Source: Terriglobia bacterium
Lineage (GTDB): Bacteria; Acidobacteriota; Terriglobia; JAJPHL01; JAPKYU01
Direction: 5' to 3'
DNA: 64,000 nucleotides
NCBI GenBank assembly: GCA_965206645.1
Contig: CBDBKE010000004.1
Span: 800,001 to 864,000 of the forward strand
Positions 61,249-64,000 of this stretch are shown here, piece by piece. Each line of letters begins with the position of its first letter. Position 1 is the first letter of the stretch. The notes beneath the pieces are model-generated. The model worked only from the letters and a program-made list of their open reading frames with translations, was not told the DNA's origin and ran no database searches. Both the position numbers and the translations under genes were made by a program.

Positions 61249-61635
61249 ATGACGGGCACCTACTTGGAAAGCTACTTCCCCGTGCTATTGCACGGCATCT
61301 TCGTATTCGTCATTGCGGGGGGCATGCTGGCAGCTTCCTCACTGATCGGGCGGCACGTTCCGACACCGGCCAAGCTCACCCCCTACGAGTCGGGCATGGT
61401 GCCGGTGGGCGATACGCGCCAGCGGTTCAGCGTCAAGTTTTACCTGGTGGCCATGCTGTTCATCCTGTTCGACGTGGAAGCCGTATTCCTCTACCCATGG
61501 GCGGTCATCTTGCGCGAGTTGAAGTTGTTTGGATTCGTGGAGATGATGATCTACATGGTCGTCATCTTCTCCGGGTTCGTCTACATCTGGAAGAAGGGCG
61601 CGCTGGACTGGTCTCAGGCGGGCCCTGGTGAATAA
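61249..61635 (+). CDS. nuoA: NADH-quinone oxidoreductase subunit A
   Basis: PYESG, FYLVAMLFILFDVE, WKKGALDW. Confidence 0.96.
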   Translation: MTGTYLESYFPVLLHGIFVFVIAGGMLAASSLIGRHVPTPAKLTPYESGMVPVGDTRQRFSVKFYLVAMLFILFDVEAVFLYPWAVILRELKLFGFVEMMIYMVVIFSGFVYIWKKGALDWSQAGPGE

Positions 61636-62102
61636 TGGTTCCCCGCCAGATCCAGCAGTTCCCCGAGGCCGCGGCGCTCGAAGCGTACGACCCCTCGATA
61701 CTGGTCGGGGGGCGGGACGATCGCGGGGAGCTGACTCTGGAGGTGGCCCCCAACAAGATCGCGGCTGCTTGCGAATGGTTCCGCGCCCGCGACTATCCTC
61801 TACTGTCCAGCATCACAGCCACTGACGGGTATCCGGTCGAGCCGCGGTTCCGCCTCGTCTACCAACTGTACTCCCTCACCGAGTTCAAGCACCTACGTCT
61901 GGTGGCGCAGGTGGGAGGCGAAGAGCCGCAGGTGGATTCGGTGATTTCGGTGTGGCCGGCGGCTGACTGGTACGAACGCGAGATGTTCGACCTGTTCGGA
62001 GTGCGCTTCCGCGGCCATCCGAATCTCAAGCGCATTCTGATGCCGGAGGATTGGGAGGGCCATCCGTTGCGCAAGGATTTTCCCACCGAGGGGATTCGCT
62101 AA
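61635..62102 (+). CDS. nuoC: NADH-quinone oxidoreductase subunit C
   Basis: WYEREMFDLFG..F.GHP.L.RIL...GHPLRKDF. Confidence 0.95.
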   Translation: MVPRQIQQFPEAAALEAYDPSILVGGRDDRGELTLEVAPNKIAAACEWFRARDYPLLSSITATDGYPVEPRFRLVYQLYSLTEFKHLRLVAQVGGEEPQVDSVISVWPAADWYEREMFDLFGVRFRGHPNLKRILMPEDWEGHPLRKDFPTEGIR

Positions 62103-63296
62103 ATGCCTCCCACTGCCAGCCCGCCGTCCGGCACCCAGACCATGACCCTGAACATGGGGCCGCAGCACCCCTCCACCCACGGCGTGTTGCGGCTGATTCT
62201 GGAGCTGGACGGAGAAACCGTGGTACGTTGCACACCCGACATCGGGTACCTGCATACGGGCATCGAAAAGACCGCCGAAGGCAAAACGTACTCGCAAGTC
62301 ATCACCCTGACGGACCGCATTGACTACCTTTGTCCGCTGACCAACAACCTGTGCTACGTCCTGGCGGTGGAGAAGCTGCTGGGACTAGAGGTTCCGGCCC
62401 GCGCGCAGTGGCTTCGGGTGCTGCTGAACGAGCTGACCCGGCTGAACAGCCACCTGGTCTGGCTGGGAACGCATGCTCTGGACATCGGCGCGGCCTCCGT
62501 TTTTCTCTACTGTTTCCGCGAGCGGGAGGAGTTGCTGCGCATCTTCGAAATGGCCTCCGGGCAGCGGATGATGACCAGCTACTTTCGGGTGGGCGGGTTA
62601 GCGCTTCCGCCGCCGCTAGGCTTCTTCGACCGCATCCGCAAGTTCCTCTCCTATTTCCCGGACCGGATGGACGAGTACGAGGCGCTGCTGACGGAGAACC
62701 GCATCTGGATCGGTCGCACCCGCGGGGTTGGCTACATCTCGGCCGAGGACGCGATCGCCCTGGGAGTTACCGGCCCCATCCTGCGCGCCAGCGGCGTGGA
62801 CTGGGACCTTCGCAAGAGCAATCCTTACAGTTCGTACGAGCAGTTCCAGTTCCAGGTGCCGGTGCGGACCGAGGGCGACGTCTATGCCCGCTACCTGGTG
62901 CGGCTGGAGGAGATGCGGGAGAGCACTAAGATTGCGCACCAGGCGCTGGAAGGCTTGCCGGAAGGTCCGGTGATCGCCGACGTCCCGCATGTCGTGTTGC
63001 CGGAACGGGAAAAGATGAAGACGGAGATGGAGGCCCTCATTTATCACTTCAAGATTGTCACCGAGGGCTTCCGCGTCCCTCCCGGGGAGGTTTACCAGGC
63101 GGTCGAGTCGCCGCGGGGCATGATGGTCTACTACGTCGTCAGCGACGGCACCAGCCATCCCTATCGGATGTACGTGCGCGCGCCCTCCTTTGCCAACCTG
63201 CGGGCCTTGCCGAAAATGGTCGAGGGGCGGTTGATCGCTGATGTGGTGGCTTGCATCGCCTCGATTGACATCGTGCTCGGCGAGATTGACCGGTAG
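62103..63296 (+). CDS. nuoD: NADH-quinone oxidoreductase subunit D
   Basis: GPQHPSTHGVLR, GYLHTGIEK, DRIDY, DIVLGEIDR. Confidence 0.97.
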   Translation: MPPTASPPSGTQTMTLNMGPQHPSTHGVLRLILELDGETVVRCTPDIGYLHTGIEKTAEGKTYSQVITLTDRIDYLCPLTNNLCYVLAVEKLLGLEVPARAQWLRVLLNELTRLNSHLVWLGTHALDIGAASVFLYCFREREELLRIFEMASGQRMMTSYFRVGGLALPPPLGFFDRIRKFLSYFPDRMDEYEALLTENRIWIGRTRGVGYISAEDAIALGVTGPILRASGVDWDLRKSNPYSSYEQFQFQVPVRTEGDVYARYLVRLEEMRESTKIAHQALEGLPEGPVIADVPHVVLPEREKMKTEMEALIYHFKIVTEGFRVPPGEVYQAVESPRGMMVYYVVSDGTSHPYRMYVRAPSFANLRALPKMVEGRLIADVVACIASIDIVLGEIDR

Positions 63297-63342
63297 TGGA
63301 GTCGCGCCCTGAAGGGCGCCGCATTGCAGCGGCCTGCTTTAG

Positions 63343-63384
63343 CCGGTCGTCTGGAGCCGGCCATCTGGAACCGGCCGTCTAGAA
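63343..63384. repeat. Imperfect tandem repeat, 3 x 14 bp CCGG(T/C)C(G/A)TCT(G/A)GA(G/A)
   Basis: Read directly in the nuoD-nuoE spacer, after the hairpin GCGCCCTGAAGGGCGC. Confidence 0.8.
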
Positions 63385-63436
63385 CAGATAAGACATGCAT
63401 TCCTCGAGCGGCAACGGCGTTCAGGTAGCAACCCGA

Positions 63437-63928
63437 ATGCGTTTCAGCGATCAACTGGAAGGACAGTTTGAGCGGCTGCTGGCGCGCTATCCGGTACGGC
63501 GCTCAGCTCTGATCCCCATGCTGCTCTGGGCCCAGGATGAGATGGGCTTCCTGAGCCCGGAGGTGAAGACCGAAATCGCCGCCCGCCTGGAGCTGAGTGA
63601 GCTGCAGGTGGAGGAGGTGATCAGCTACTACTCGATGCTGCGCCGCCAGCCGGCCGGCAAGTATCACGTTCAGGTCTGCACCAACATCTCCTGCATGCTG
63701 CGTGGTGCCTACCGTCTCTACGAACACGCGCAGCGGAAGCTGGGTCTCAGGCACAAGCAGACCAGTGCGGATGGGGTGTTCTCCCTGGAAGAAGTGGAAT
63801 GCATCGGTGCCTGCTCCTGGGCGCCTGCGCTGCAGGTGAATTACGACTTTTACCATGAGATGACTCCGGAAAAGTTTGACGAACTGATGGAAAAGCTTCG
63901 GAACAATGGGACACCCGCTAGAAGTTAA
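63437..63928 (+). CDS. nuoE: NADH-quinone oxidoreductase subunit E
   Basis: CTNISC...ECIGAC 2Fe-2S ligands. Confidence 0.95.
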   Translation: MRFSDQLEGQFERLLARYPVRRSALIPMLLWAQDEMGFLSPEVKTEIAARLELSELQVEEVISYYSMLRRQPAGKYHVQVCTNISCMLRGAYRLYEHAQRKLGLRHKQTSADGVFSLEEVECIGACSWAPALQVNYDFYHEMTPEKFDELMEKLRNNGTPARS

Positions 63929-64000
63929 GGTGGTCAGCAAGCGGTTCGAGCTGCCGGATTCGGCCTCGCTCCAGACCTACCTGGCGCACGAGGGCTACCA
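63906..64000 (+). CDS. nuoF: NADH-quinone oxidoreductase subunit F (5' fragment)
   Basis: MGHPLEVKVVSKRF...YLAHEGY, overlapping the nuoE end; assigned by position. Confidence 0.7.
   Translation, partial: MGHPLEVKVVSKRFELPDSASLQTYLAHEGY

Overview
GC-rich bacterial chromosome segment, probably Acidobacteriota (inferred from a TIGR03437-like C-terminal domain, a TPR/FG-GAP/ASPIC protein and a nuoA-C-D-E-F gene order without nuoB). Housekeeping flanks (prmC, ribB fusion, ECF sigma/anti-sigma, rarA, bfr, rluB-scpB-scpA, leuCD, ribA, thiS, nuo) surround an accessory core. That core has (i) a decaying ~9.5 kb tyrosine-integrase element in tRNA-Ile2(CAT) at 32604-42113, carrying two IS3-family and one IS21-family element, and (ii) a hydrolase/oxidoreductase-rich stretch with pseudogenes up to tRNA-Glu(TTC), followed by a second IS21 copy. 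The most interesting observations are: a compact divergent-promoter/palindrome switch upstream of an unannotated 57-aa basic protein translationally coupled to the integrase; a 124-bp tandem duplication that frameshifts that integrase; a Lon gene cut before its catalytic dyad and joined to a headless class III cyclase-like gene; a solitary PHP-ATPase (Ppl/TrlF-like) candidate defence gene; a palindromic repeat inserted in frame in a beta-propeller gene; an amber stop shared by both istA copies; and many short tandem duplications across the window. All calls come from reading the sequence and recognising motifs; no database searches were run.
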